A stretch of DNA of 64,000 nucleotides from an uncultured delta proteobacterium (GCA_963840855.1 CAWJBB010000069.1:1-64000); one strand, 5' to 3'; counted from the first letter of the stretch, positions 33,388 through 43,422 are shown. The notes: a model not told the origin generated them from the letters alone. Numbers and translations: made by a program.

Positions 33388-35136
33388 ATGCCAGCCCGTT
33401 ACGGATCAGACCTGATCGTCGATTTAATGAAGGTGCTGGGGATTGAATATGTCGCGTTGAATCCCGGCTCGAGCTTTCGCGGTATTCACGATTCCCTGGT
33501 CAATTATGAAAGCGGAACCAAGCCCAATCCTGAGATCGTTCTCTGCTGCCACGAAGAAATCGCCGTCGCCGTCGCCCATGGCTACGCCAAAGCGACGGGC
33601 AAGATTATGCCGGCCATCGTGCACAATGTGGTAGGCCTGCAGCATGCGTCGATGGCGATTTACAACGCCTGGTGCGATCGCACGCCGGTGCTCGTCATGG
33701 GCGGCACCGGCCCGATGAACTCCAGCAAACGGCGCCCGTGGATCGACTGGATTCATACGGCGCTGGTGCAGGGCAATTTGGTTCGCGACTTCGTCAAATG
33801 GGACGACCAGCCCATCGGCATCGAGGCGATCCCGTCATCGATGATGCGTGGCTATCGCATCGCCATGAGCGATCCAGGGGGGCCGGTCTATCTCTGCTTC
33901 GATGTGACCGATCAGGAGGCGGCAATCGAGAAGGAAATTCCGCTGCCCGATCCGAATCGCTATCGCCCGCCGGCGCCGCTGCAAGCGGAAACCGCAGCGC
34001 TTCAGGAAGCGGCTCGGTTGCTTTCGTCGGCACAGACTCCGGTCATCGTTGCCGACTATGTGGGTCGGAGCAATGACGCGGTTCTAAGTCTCGTCAGACT
34101 CGCCGATCTTTTGTCGATCCCGGTAATCGACCTCGGCGCGCGACTGAATTTTCCCAACACTCATTCACTGAATCTTACCGGCAGAAATCGCGAGCTGATC
34201 GCCAATGCGGATGTCATTCTCGGATTGGACGTGACTGACCTTTACGGCGCCCTGGTGCGCTCGGATCCGAACACGCACGCAACCGTGCCAGCAACCAAGC
34301 CCGGCTGCAAAGTGATTCACGTGACGCTCGCCGACATTTCTATGCGTGGCTGGACCAGCGACTTTCAAGAATTGGCGCCGGTGGATTTGCCGATCGTCGC
34401 CAACACGAGAGTTTTTCTGCCCGCCCTCGAGGAAGAAATCAAAAAACAGGGAAAATTTTCCAAGACTGTGGTCGACGACAGACGAAAGGCCGTGGCCGCA
34501 CAGCATGAGGAAGTCCACGCGCGCTGGCAAAACGATCTAAAGAAGCGGTGGGACGAGCGGCCGATCGCGCCGCCGCGTTTGGCCTATGAAGTCTGGGAAG
34601 CGATCAAGAAAGAAGATTGGCTGTTGGTCGCCGGCGGCTTCCGCGGCTGGCCGAGCCGCCTGTGGACGTGGGACAAACCCGGTCTGTTTCTCGGCGGCTA
34701 CGGCGGCGGCGGGTTAGGTTATGGTCCAGCGGCTTCGGTGGGCGCTTCGCTTCCTTACCGCGGCACGGGCAAAATATGCGTCAACTTGCAGCGCGACGGC
34801 GAGATGCTTTACACGTCGAGCGCCATGTGGACGGCGGCCAACACCGGAGTGCCGCTGCTGACGGTGATGACCAATAATCGTGTTTATTATAACGACGTGG
34901 AGCATCAGGAAAAGGTCGCGATCACGCGCGGCCGGCCGGTGGAGAACAAACTAGTAGGCATGGAAATGGCCAGGCCCCCTGTAGACTTTGCCAACTTGGC
35001 GCGCTCCTTCAGTATCTACGGCGAGGGACCGATCACCGAACCGGAGCAGATTCGTCCGGCGGTGGAACGAGCGATCAAGGTTATTAAAGAAGAGAAGCGG
35101 CCGGCATTGGTCGATGTGTATATGCAACACGTTTAG
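33388..35136 (+). CDS. Thiamine pyrophosphate-binding enzyme (acetolactate synthase/decarboxylase superfamily)
   Basis: LNPGSS, CHEE, AHGYAK, GGLGYG and RDGE...NN TPP motif. Confidence 0.88.
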   Translation: MPARYGSDLIVDLMKVLGIEYVALNPGSSFRGIHDSLVNYESGTKPNPEIVLCCHEEIAVAVAHGYAKATGKIMPAIVHNVVGLQHASMAIYNAWCDRTPVLVMGGTGPMNSSKRRPWIDWIHTALVQGNLVRDFVKWDDQPIGIEAIPSSMMRGYRIAMSDPGGPVYLCFDVTDQEAAIEKEIPLPDPNRYRPPAPLQAETAALQEAARLLSSAQTPVIVADYVGRSNDAVLSLVRLADLLSIPVIDLGARLNFPNTHSLNLTGRNRELIANADVILGLDVTDLYGALVRSDPNTHATVPATKPGCKVIHVTLADISMRGWTSDFQELAPVDLPIVANTRVFLPALEEEIKKQGKFSKTVVDDRRKAVAAQHEEVHARWQNDLKKRWDERPIAPPRLAYEVWEAIKKEDWLLVAGGFRGWPSRLWTWDKPGLFLGGYGGGGLGYGPAASVGASLPYRGTGKICVNLQRDGEMLYTSSAMWTAANTGVPLLTVMTNNRVYYNDVEHQEKVAITRGRPVENKLVGMEMARPPVDFANLARSFSIYGEGPITEPEQIRPAVERAIKVIKEEKRPALVDVYMQHV

Positions 35137-35315
35137 CGGACTTTTTTTCTCTTGTTGACACGAATTGAGAGCAGGTGCGGCGTACGGGCGTCGGCTGGGC
35201 AGAAAACCCCTGGACGCCGCCGATCCGCATCGCTCAACTGCGCAGGGCTAACGATGTTACGCGTTACTTTTTGAAGCGCGAAGTTTACGGAATAGCCGGC
35301 CCTTCGCAAAGCGCT

Positions 35316-37997
35316 TTACGCGTGGGCTTCGGCCCAGTTGGCGCCGCTGTGTACTTCCACGGCCAAGCCGCAGCGAAGATCGACGGCTTGGGTCATTTCC
35401 TTCTCGATCAACGCGCGCGCTTGAGCGAGCTTGTCCGCAGGCACCTCGAAAACCAGCTCGTCGTGGACCGTTAGGAGCATTTTGGCGACCGGCTCTTTGC
35501 GCAACGCGGCGTCGACGTCGATCATCGCCTTTTTGAGAATGTCGGCGGCGCTTCCCTGGATCGGCGCATTGAGCGCCATGCGCTCGCCCAGTGCGCGCAG
35601 ACGAAAATTAGATGACTGCAACTCCGGGACATAGCGGCGCCGGCCGAACATGGTCGTGGTGAATCCGTCGACCTTTGCTTTCTCCACCTGGGCGGCGAGA
35701 AATTCTTTCACTTTCGGAAATTGCCCATAATAGGCATCGACGAAGCTGGCCGCTTCGTCCATTTCAACGCCGAGCCGCTGCGAGACCCCGTAAGTCGACA
35801 TGCCATAAGCGATGCCATAGGAAAACTGTTTGACCTGATTGCGCATCTCCGAAGTCACGTCTTTTAAAGGGACGCCGTAGACCTTGGCGGCGATGGTCGC
35901 ATGGAAGTCATGTCCTTGGGCGAAGGCCTGGCAAAAGGTCTCATCCCCGGAGAGATGCGCCAGCACTCGTAGCTCGATCTGCGAATAGTCCGCCGAAAGC
36001 AGCAGGTGCCCGGCCGCCGCGATGAAAGCGCGGCGAATTTGCCGTCCCAGTTCGCCGCGAATGGGAATGTTTTGCAGGTTGGGCGCGGTCGATGACAAGC
36101 GCCCGGTGGCGGCCGTGGTCTGCTCGTAAGTGGTGTGAATGCGCCGTGTCTTGGGATCGATGAGGCCAAGCAGCATCTCGCTAAAACCGTTCTTGAGCTT
36201 CGAGACCTCGCGGTATTCGAGCAACGACGCGACGATCGGATGGCGGCCGGCGAGCTTCTCCAACTCTGCCGCGTCTGTGGAGTAGCCGGTTTTGATTTTT
36301 CGCGTTTTGGGCAACGACAATTTTTCAAAGAGAATGCGCTGCAGCTGGACGTTGGAGTTCACGTTGAATTCCTCGCCTGCGACCTGCTGAATCGTTTGCT
36401 CCAGGCTTGTCATTTTTTGGCCGAAGTCAGAGTTCAGCTGATCGAGATAGTCGCGGTCGACAAGAATGCCGGTGTGCTCCATACGCGCGAGCACGGGGAT
36501 CAAAGGAAACTCCAGGGTAGTCGCAAGCTCCCAGACGCCTTGGGCGCGGAGTTGTTCTTCCACCACCGGCGCCACGGCGCGGATCGCCACAGCTTCCCGG
36601 CACACGCTCTGCTTCTCGTCGGTGGCAAATGAGAGCGTGCCTTGCTCTCCTGATTGCGGCTCGTTCTTCTCTGCATCGAGGGTGACGCCGAGGTGGCGAT
36701 TGACGATGTCGCGCAGTTGGTACCCTGACGAAGAACCGGGTTCGAGGAGATAGGCGGCGATCTTGGTATCACAACGGAGGCCGTAAATTTCGCCGCCGGC
36801 GCTTAGGATAGAGCGGAACAGTGCCTTGGCGTCATGTGCAGCTTTTTGCCGGTTAGGGTCTTTGAGACAACCGGCAAACCGATCCAGCGAGTCGGCGAAA
36901 GGCAAAAAGCGCGCTTCGCCGGCTCGGTCGCTCAGGGCGAGCCAGTCCTCATTCCACGCCAGCGCCACGACTTCGTCCGGATGCAGGTCGGCCTCGGCGG
37001 TGAATTCGGTCATCGAGTTTATTTCGAGCGCAGCCGACACCGCAACGTCGGCGCCATGAAATTTGAGATCCTTCAGCCGGTCATGCAGGGTGCGAAATTC
37101 AAGCGATAGAAAAAGCTTGCGCACCGCCTCCTCGTCCCATGCCTCCAGGCGAAGGTTTGCCGGGTCGAGGTCGAGCCGCACATCGTCAAGCAGGTGGCCG
37201 AGCTCTTTGTTGATCCGAACCTGATCTGCGTGTTTCTTAATGGCATCGCGCAGTTTCGGCGTTAGCTCGTCGGCATGAGCGATCACCTGCTCGATGTCGC
37301 CGTATTTGTTGATCAGCTGAGCGGCGGTTTTGTCGCCTACGCCGGGAACGCCGGGCAAATTGTCCGAAGCTTCGCCTTTAAGTGCGACGAAGTCGATCCA
37401 CTTTTCCGGCGCGACGCCGTAGCGCTCCAGCACCGTCGGAGCATTGTAACGGATCACGTCGGAAATACCGCGGCGCGTCATGATGACCGACACGCCGTCG
37501 CGGACCAGTTGTAGAATATCGCGGTCGCCAGTAACGATCATCACCTCACAACCTTCTTCTCTGGCGTGCTTGGTCAGAGTTGCAAGCAGATCGTCGGCTT
37601 CGTAGCCTTCCAGCTCGACCATGGGAATCCGCAAGCTCTCGAGTACTTCGCGGATCAAAGGCAACTGCTGTTTAAACAAGTCCGGGGTCGCCGCTCGTCC
37701 GGCCTTGTATTCGGCGTAACGGTCGAGGCGAAATTGCGGCGCACCCCTGTCGAAACAAACGACCACGCCCTGCGGCCGCTCGTCGGCGAGAAGCTTGATC
37801 AACATCGCGGTGAAACCGTAAACCGCGTTAGTCACTTGCCCCGAAGACGTGACGAGGGTGTCAGGAAGGGCAAAAAAAGCGCGGTAAGCCAACGAGTGGC
37901 CGTCGAGCAACAGCAGCTTATGTGCGTCTGCCTTGGCCGGCGCCGCCAGCTTGCGCTTAGACTTTTCTTCAGGCTGCTTCTTGGTTCTCTCGCTCAT
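35316..37997 (-). CDS. polA: DNA polymerase I
   Basis: 5'-3' exonuclease (LDGHSLAYRAF, YEADD, TGDRD); TGRLSS, PNLQNIP, DYSQIELR, NAPIQGSAAD and VHDE motifs. Confidence 0.97.
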   Translation of the reverse strand: MSERTKKQPEEKSKRKLAAPAKADAHKLLLLDGHSLAYRAFFALPDTLVTSSGQVTNAVYGFTAMLIKLLADERPQGVVVCFDRGAPQFRLDRYAEYKAGRAATPDLFKQQLPLIREVLESLRIPMVELEGYEADDLLATLTKHAREEGCEVMIVTGDRDILQLVRDGVSVIMTRRGISDVIRYNAPTVLERYGVAPEKWIDFVALKGEASDNLPGVPGVGDKTAAQLINKYGDIEQVIAHADELTPKLRDAIKKHADQVRINKELGHLLDDVRLDLDPANLRLEAWDEEAVRKLFLSLEFRTLHDRLKDLKFHGADVAVSAALEINSMTEFTAEADLHPDEVVALAWNEDWLALSDRAGEARFLPFADSLDRFAGCLKDPNRQKAAHDAKALFRSILSAGGEIYGLRCDTKIAAYLLEPGSSSGYQLRDIVNRHLGVTLDAEKNEPQSGEQGTLSFATDEKQSVCREAVAIRAVAPVVEEQLRAQGVWELATTLEFPLIPVLARMEHTGILVDRDYLDQLNSDFGQKMTSLEQTIQQVAGEEFNVNSNVQLQRILFEKLSLPKTRKIKTGYSTDAAELEKLAGRHPIVASLLEYREVSKLKNGFSEMLLGLIDPKTRRIHTTYEQTTAATGRLSSTAPNLQNIPIRGELGRQIRRAFIAAAGHLLLSADYSQIELRVLAHLSGDETFCQAFAQGHDFHATIAAKVYGVPLKDVTSEMRNQVKQFSYGIAYGMSTYGVSQRLGVEMDEAASFVDAYYGQFPKVKEFLAAQVEKAKVDGFTTTMFGRRRYVPELQSSNFRLRALGERMALNAPIQGSAADILKKAMIDVDAALRKEPVAKMLLTVHDELVFEVPADKLAQARALIEKEMTQAVDLRCGLAVEVHSGANWAEAHA

Positions 37998-38108
37998 CTA
38001 TTGTAGTGTAATCAGAGAATTTGTTGGCGGCAACCTCGCGCTGCAATCCGGGTAGCGGCTGTGCAGGATCCTATTCGTAGTTGCCGCTCATACGCAGACC
38101 AAAACTTG

Positions 38109-38756
38109 CTAGTAACTTTTGCCCTCGTACACCCAGCGATCTAAGTTATCGAAGTACTGCCGCCGTAGTACCAGACTCATCGCCACGGCGCGAGCGGCTC
38201 TCTCCTGCTTCTCTGCCGTCGTTGCGTATTTGACGAGAATCTCGAATGGGTAATTGCCGTGTTCTTCTTCGTCATCGTGGATTTTCTGGTAGGGCGCTGT
38301 TATCCATTTCGGCACGGTGCCGGCCTTTAAACTCTTGGCAATTAAATAGTCTGCCACACCCTCGCCCGCCATTGGAAACGCCGCGATTCTTTCAACCGTA
38401 TCGGTCAATCCTTCAAAAGCGTTAAACATCGCCATCTGCGCCGGCAGCGCTCGGTAATCGTGGGGCACGACGCCTTTAGCGCGCAGCGCTTCTTCGAGAA
38501 AAGTCGCGTGCTCGTATTCTTCGTGGGTCGCCTCCGCCAGGGTTTTCTTGACATCCAGTTCCGGCGTGCTTTTTAGCCAGCCGCCGAAGATCTCACCGGC
38601 GCGAATCTCGTTGAACAACCGGCTCTGCATAACCTTAATGCGCATCTCATCCGTGGTCAGCGGAATGTAGCTGTAGGCAGGGAGCTTGGCATCGAGAGAC
38701 GCGCAGAACTCGGCAACCTGTTTTTCTATCGTCTTGGCAAACTCTCGGCTGTCCAT
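38109..38756 (-). CDS. Ferritin-like diiron protein
   Basis: E...EEYEH...GE...DEEEH ligand pattern. Confidence 0.7.
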   Translation of the reverse strand: MDSREFAKTIEKQVAEFCASLDAKLPAYSYIPLTTDEMRIKVMQSRLFNEIRAGEIFGGWLKSTPELDVKKTLAEATHEEYEHATFLEEALRAKGVVPHDYRALPAQMAMFNAFEGLTDTVERIAAFPMAGEGVADYLIAKSLKAGTVPKWITAPYQKIHDDEEEHGNYPFEILVKYATTAEKQERAARAVAMSLVLRRQYFDNLDRWVYEGKSY

Positions 38757-38815
38757 ATCGACCTCTCTTGCCCGAAAGCACTTCCGTACTCGCTATCAAT
38801 AGAACGACCTCGGCG

Positions 38816-39727
38816 TCAAGTCTTTGCGTTTTGATCGTGGCGGTTAAAGGGACGTCTCTCATTTCTCAAAATTTTAGGTCGGGAAACGGCCAGGCCGACC
38901 CCACCCAGAATCACCACAGCCGATATCACGAGACGCAGACTAATCGCTTCGGATAAAACGAATACGCCGGCGAGCGCTGCTAGCACCGGCACCGCTAGCT
39001 GGACCGTCGCCGCTCGTGTCGCCGTCAGGCGAGGCAGTGCTGCGTACCACAGGACGTAGCCTACTCCCGATGTGATGGATCCCGATAGGGCCGCCCAGAG
39101 AAAACCCATAGGAGTTATAGTCAGTGTGGGTAGCCACAATAAGACGACACCGATAGCCAAGGGCACCGTGCGCAGAAAATTGTCCGTAGTGACGCCGACA
39201 GGATCACTGGCGCCGCGGCCTCTGAGAGAGTAAATGCCCCAGGCGATTCCGGCGGTGGCCATAAGAACCGATCCGAGGATGGAGGGGGCGGTGGTCCCGG
39301 GAGATACTAAATAAATCAGACCAGAAATGGCGATGAATAAGCCCAACCACTCCAAAATCTCCGGTCTTTCACCCGTAGAGAGGCCCACCGCGATCATTGT
39401 GATTTGCACCGATGCGAAGAGAATTAGCGCTCCGGTTCCCGCGCTCAAGCTTATGTAAGCGAAAGAAAAGGTTACGGCATATAGAAAAAGCATTGATGCA
39501 GAAATCCAACTGCCGGCGGATTTCCCGAAGGATTCCTTCCGGCGGAAAGCGGCGATTATCCATAGAGTGACCGCTCCGGTGATCAGCCTGACCGCTGTGT
39601 AGCTCGCCGGGTCGATGATCGGCCCAGCCAGTGCCAAACGGCAGAACACGGAATTGCCGGCAAAGGCGATGAGAGCGAGAACTGTAAGAGCCGCCGTGGC
39701 GGATCCTTTCGCAGATGATCTGCGCAT
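38816..39727 (-). CDS. DMT/EamA family transporter
   Basis: About ten hydrophobic helices; AFAGNSVFCR, YAVTFSFAY and GYVLWY motifs. Confidence 0.88.
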   Translation of the reverse strand: MRRSSAKGSATAALTVLALIAFAGNSVFCRLALAGPIIDPASYTAVRLITGAVTLWIIAAFRRKESFGKSAGSWISASMLFLYAVTFSFAYISLSAGTGALILFASVQITMIAVGLSTGERPEILEWLGLFIAISGLIYLVSPGTTAPSILGSVLMATAGIAWGIYSLRGRGASDPVGVTTDNFLRTVPLAIGVVLLWLPTLTITPMGFLWAALSGSITSGVGYVLWYAALPRLTATRAATVQLAVPVLAALAGVFVLSEAISLRLVISAVVILGGVGLAVSRPKILRNERRPFNRHDQNAKT

Positions 39728-39741
39728 CCCGTTTACATCGA

Positions 39742-40569
39742 TCAGCTCGACAACTGTTGACCGTTGGTGGCTCTTGAGCGCGAGGGTTTGCGGGCGAAGA
39801 AATTGACTCCTTGAACGAAAAGGTCTCTGGACAACTTGGCTTTAGCAGAAGTGCCTTCATAACAGTCGAAACGCTCCACAATCTCACCGTCTGTCAAACC
39901 AACGTCGGCAGTGATCCCATAAAGCTCTGCCTCCGGCAGAGCGCCGCCAATTCAGGCCGCCCAGAGATCGACGTCGCTTCGTGCCGTCAGCGAAAGTTCT
40001 CTTTGAACGACGACATCCGCGAGATACAAGCGTCCTCCGGGACGCAGCACCCTATAGACCTCGCGAAAGGCGCGATCTTTGTCCGGCGAGAGATTGAGCA
40101 CGCCGTTGGAGATAATGACATCCACACTCTCAGTCTCCACCGGCAACTCTTCGGCCATGCCCCGGCGCACCTCAATGCTTTGCCACAAACCAGCTTTTAA
40201 CGCACCGCGCTTGGCCAACTCAAGCATAGAAGGAGTCATATCCACTCCCATCGCGTGTCCCGACGGGCTGGCGCGGCGCGCGGCCAGCAAAAGATCCATG
40301 CCCGCGCCGCAGCCGATATCCAGCACTATCTCCCCTGGTCCGATGGGACCGATGCGATGGGGATTGCCGACGCCGGCAAAAGATGCGGTGGATTCCGCCG
40401 GAATTGTCGCCAACTCGTCCGGATCGTACCGGAGCATGCGGCAAGCATACTCGGGTCCCCGATGAAAATGAAAGTTTCCGTTGGGTTGCCGCGCTACCCG
40501 ATCGTATTCCGCGCGGACCAATTCCCGCAATTTATCGACATTGAACCCTACCGGACATATCGCCGCCAT
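39742..40569 (-). CDS. ArsM-like SAM-dependent methyltransferase, probable selenoprotein (TGA at 39952..39954 read as Sec)
   Basis: VLDIGCGAGMD, ISNGVLNL and RVLRPGGRL motifs; LWAA(TGA)IGGAL is followed by 69 open codons ending ...NFFARKP...LSS*. GGAG RBS before ATG 40569. Confidence 0.85.
39924..39942 (-). promoter_or_regulatory. Candidate bacterial SECIS hairpin
   Basis: mRNA reads UGA-AUUGGCGGC-GCUCUGCC-GGA-GGCAGAGC: a perfect 8-bp stem whose G-led loop starts 18 nt after the UGA. Confidence 0.75.
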
Positions 40570-40606
40570 AGTGATTCTCCCTGGCGCGATGGCTCGTTGC
40601 GCCAAC

Positions 40607-41167
40607 TCATGCTTTATCCAGCTGCACGGAGACCGTCACTGGTTTTGCAATACTATTGAACACCGGTGAGTATTTTTGGGCCATCCGGATAAGTTCCTCT
40701 TTCTGAGTTTCAGAGACATCTGCCTCGATCTTGAAATATAGACGGATATTCTGATATCCCACAGGAACCTCTTCCGATATTCCTAAAAAACCACGGAGAT
40801 CGAGATCGCCCTCATACCTGGATTCCAGTCCTTTTATAGCGATTCCCCGAGCAGCGGCATGGGCGACGAGACTTGTCGTCAGACAACCAGAGAGCGCAAC
40901 GAGAAGATACTCTACGGGATTCGCCCCCAGGTTTTTGCCGCATAGAACAGGCGGTTCGTCTATTTCAAAGACCAATGGGTCCCGCGAGTTGTCTTCCTTG
41001 AGAGCGCCGTAGAAATCTTTAACTGTCGCGCGATTGTAGGTTCCGTCGATCCACCTATTCGTTGCCCGAAATTTGAATTGAGCAACCTCTGGATTCCCCT
41101 TGATTACCTCCATGGTGCTGAACAACTGATCGACATTCACTCCGTTGATAATCTTTTCCTTTGCCAT
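40607..41167 (-). CDS. OsmC/Ohr family protein
   Basis: DEPPVL, GANPVEYLLVALSGC and DLDLRGFLG motifs; the second Cys position reads SPV. Confidence 0.85.
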   Translation of the reverse strand: MAKEKIINGVNVDQLFSTMEVIKGNPEVAQFKFRATNRWIDGTYNRATVKDFYGALKEDNSRDPLVFEIDEPPVLCGKNLGANPVEYLLVALSGCLTTSLVAHAAARGIAIKGLESRYEGDLDLRGFLGISEEVPVGYQNIRLYFKIEADVSETQKEELIRMAQKYSPVFNSIAKPVTVSVQLDKA

Positions 41168-41207
41168 TCTCTTACCCTCCTTTGCATTGTTGTTTTCTGC
41201 TTGCTAG

Positions 41208-41861
41208 TTAAACTGCTCCATCCTCAGCTAGATTGGGTATCGCCTTCTGAGAAGGGTAGTCGTTACCCAAAGAGAGTCGCCGCGGTTTCCGGAGCATCGG
41301 AAAAAGGGGAGGTGAAGATCCGACCTGAATCGTGTCGACTAACTCGAACCCGTGCCGCTGATAGAGCGGAACACTTTTTGGGCTCGACGATTCGAGATAG
41401 GCGAGTTTGCCCTCGCCATCGCACCGTTCAAGCGCATGTTTCAACAACGCCGAGCCATAGCCATTGCCTTGTTTGGCCGGGTCTACCCCGATCATGGGCA
41501 AATACCAGTGAGGTTCGGACGGATGGGAGCTATCCATCTGCTCGATAAAGGCAAAGATCTCTTGTTGTTTCTCCTCTGGAATCGTGCGTTGAAGCAACGC
41601 GGTCAGAGCGTTTTCGTCAGGGTGTACGTCCGGCGGAAGCCAAAGTGCCGCGCCTGAGTATCCATCAATCTGGTAAGCGCTCTTGTATTCAAACGCCTTG
41701 CCAGCGAATGCCCGTACGAAGCTCGGTAAATGGAGCAAATATTGATGCGGGTCGGGATAAAACCAGCGGGCCACGGGATCCGCACTAAACGCGAGCACGA
41801 CCGTGCCGACGGCTTGATCCGCATTTGATGGCGTTACGGTTTTGATTATTGGCTTGATCAT
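41208..41861 (-). CDS. GNAT family N-acetyltransferase
   Basis: AFSADP, HWYL, GVDPAKQGNGYGSALL, YLESS and LYQRHGF motifs. Confidence 0.9.
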   Translation of the reverse strand: MIKPIIKTVTPSNADQAVGTVVLAFSADPVARWFYPDPHQYLLHLPSFVRAFAGKAFEYKSAYQIDGYSGAALWLPPDVHPDENALTALLQRTIPEEKQQEIFAFIEQMDSSHPSEPHWYLPMIGVDPAKQGNGYGSALLKHALERCDGEGKLAYLESSSPKSVPLYQRHGFELVDTIQVGSSPPLFPMLRKPRRLSLGNDYPSQKAIPNLAEDGAV

Positions 41862-42039
41862 AGTCGGTTCTCCTTCATAGACATTTTGTTTTATTCGGCT
41901 CGAAGCTCCAGGCGAAAACGATCACGCACGCTTTGTCGTCCAAATGACTTCGCGCTGGTTCTATGAGTCACCATAAGAAATAGCCACATAGAAAACTACG
42001 AGGGCGAAGAGTAAAAATCCTTCCATGACGACATTCTCT

Positions 42040-43422
42040 TCAAGGTTTGATGTTCTGATTCAAATGAAAAACATTTTCGGGATCGTAGCGTCTCTTGATC
42101 TCCACCAGGCGATCATAGTTGGATCCGTAAGCCGCGGCGACACGGTCGCCCTCCTCCGCGGTCATAAAGTTTACGTAAGCGCCGGCCGACGCATAAGGCG
42201 CACTGGCGTTAAAAAACTCGCGCGCCCACCCAATACACTTCTGGTCATCCTTCGCGTCATCCCATCGCCCGTGGACGTTCAAGACGAACTTCGCGTCCCG
42301 GTGGCCGTAGGCCATTGCGTTGGGAGCGATGCGATTCGGCGCGCCGGCACACAGTCCTATGAAAATCTCGCACTGCGGGGAGGGGAGCTTCCCGGCAAAC
42401 TCGATAACGGAGTTCAGCGCTCCGTCGGCAAGCTCGGTGAAGTTATGGGACTTCCAGTAGTTTCTTGCGCCGGGTGTCAGCAACGGGTCAAATGCTTTTT
42501 GCCAGGCAACATAGGGCTGGGCGCCGATATGCTCACCGTGAGCATTGCCGAAAGCGCGCACAGGGGCGATGAGTTTCTCTGCTTCCGCGACGGCGCCAGA
42601 GTAAAAGATAGGCAGCACAACAACTTCCTTGCCGTGTATATTTTCCGGAAGAAAAGGCAATGGCGGCGCCTTGCGCAGCACAACCCAGATATTGAGCTCC
42701 TCGGGAGCCGAATTTACAAATTGACGATACTTGGTAAGTATCTGTTTTGCCTGGTTGAACGGAAAAACGATCAGGCCGGCGACTATTTCGGGACCCACGG
42801 GGAAAAGCTGGAATTCGAACTGAGTGACGACGCCAAAGTTTCCCCCGCCACCGCGAATCGCCCAGAAAAGATCTGCATTTTCGGTTTCACTTACTCGTAT
42901 TTTCTTGCCTTCGGCGGTGACCAGGTCGACAGAGATGAGATTGTCGATGGTCATGCCGTATTTGCGAGTAAGCCAGCCGAAGCCGCCGCCCAAGGTTAAG
43001 CCCGCAATGCCTGTCGTGGAATTGATCCCTACCGGCGTGGCCAGACCGTGCGCCTGAGTCGCTTCATCCAAGTTCGCGAGGGTCGCCCCGGGCTCGACAT
43101 AGGCGCGCCTTTTCCTGGAATCCACGCGAACGTTCTTCATTCTTGAAAAATCGATCGTAACACCATTGTCGCATAGGGCATTTCCGGCGATGTTATGCCC
43201 GGCGCCGCGAATTGAAATTTCAAGCCCGTTTTCTCGCGCAAACCTGATCACCGGCGGGACATCGTCAGCCTGCGTGCATTGCACGATAACCGCGGGCCGC
43301 CGATCGATCATGGCGTTCCAAATCTGGCGCGCTTCCTCGTAATCGGGCTGACCGGGAACTAAAATGTTCCCTTTGATAGTGCCTCTGAGCTCTTCTCTCG
43401 CTCTCGACGTTTGAGTTGTCAT
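42040..43422 (-). CDS. FAD-binding oxidoreductase (berberine-bridge-enzyme-like)
   Basis: IRGAGHN, GLTLGGG, RGGGGNFG, YVNF and YDPENVFHLNQNI motifs; paralog of 23193..24552. Confidence 0.92.
   Translation of the reverse strand: MTTQTSRAREELRGTIKGNILVPGQPDYEEARQIWNAMIDRRPAVIVQCTQADDVPPVIRFARENGLEISIRGAGHNIAGNALCDNGVTIDFSRMKNVRVDSRKRRAYVEPGATLANLDEATQAHGLATPVGINSTTGIAGLTLGGGFGWLTRKYGMTIDNLISVDLVTAEGKKIRVSETENADLFWAIRGGGGNFGVVTQFEFQLFPVGPEIVAGLIVFPFNQAKQILTKYRQFVNSAPEELNIWVVLRKAPPLPFLPENIHGKEVVVLPIFYSGAVAEAEKLIAPVRAFGNAHGEHIGAQPYVAWQKAFDPLLTPGARNYWKSHNFTELADGALNSVIEFAGKLPSPQCEIFIGLCAGAPNRIAPNAMAYGHRDAKFVLNVHGRWDDAKDDQKCIGWAREFFNASAPYASAGAYVNFMTAEEGDRVAAAYGSNYDRLVEIKRRYDPENVFHLNQNIKP

Noticed and set aside
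16159-42999. Long antisense ORFs (16159..17310, 17711..18949, 24549..25586, 42025..42999)
   Set aside because: They are shadows of well-supported genes on the opposite strand in GC-rich DNA, with no recognisable motifs.
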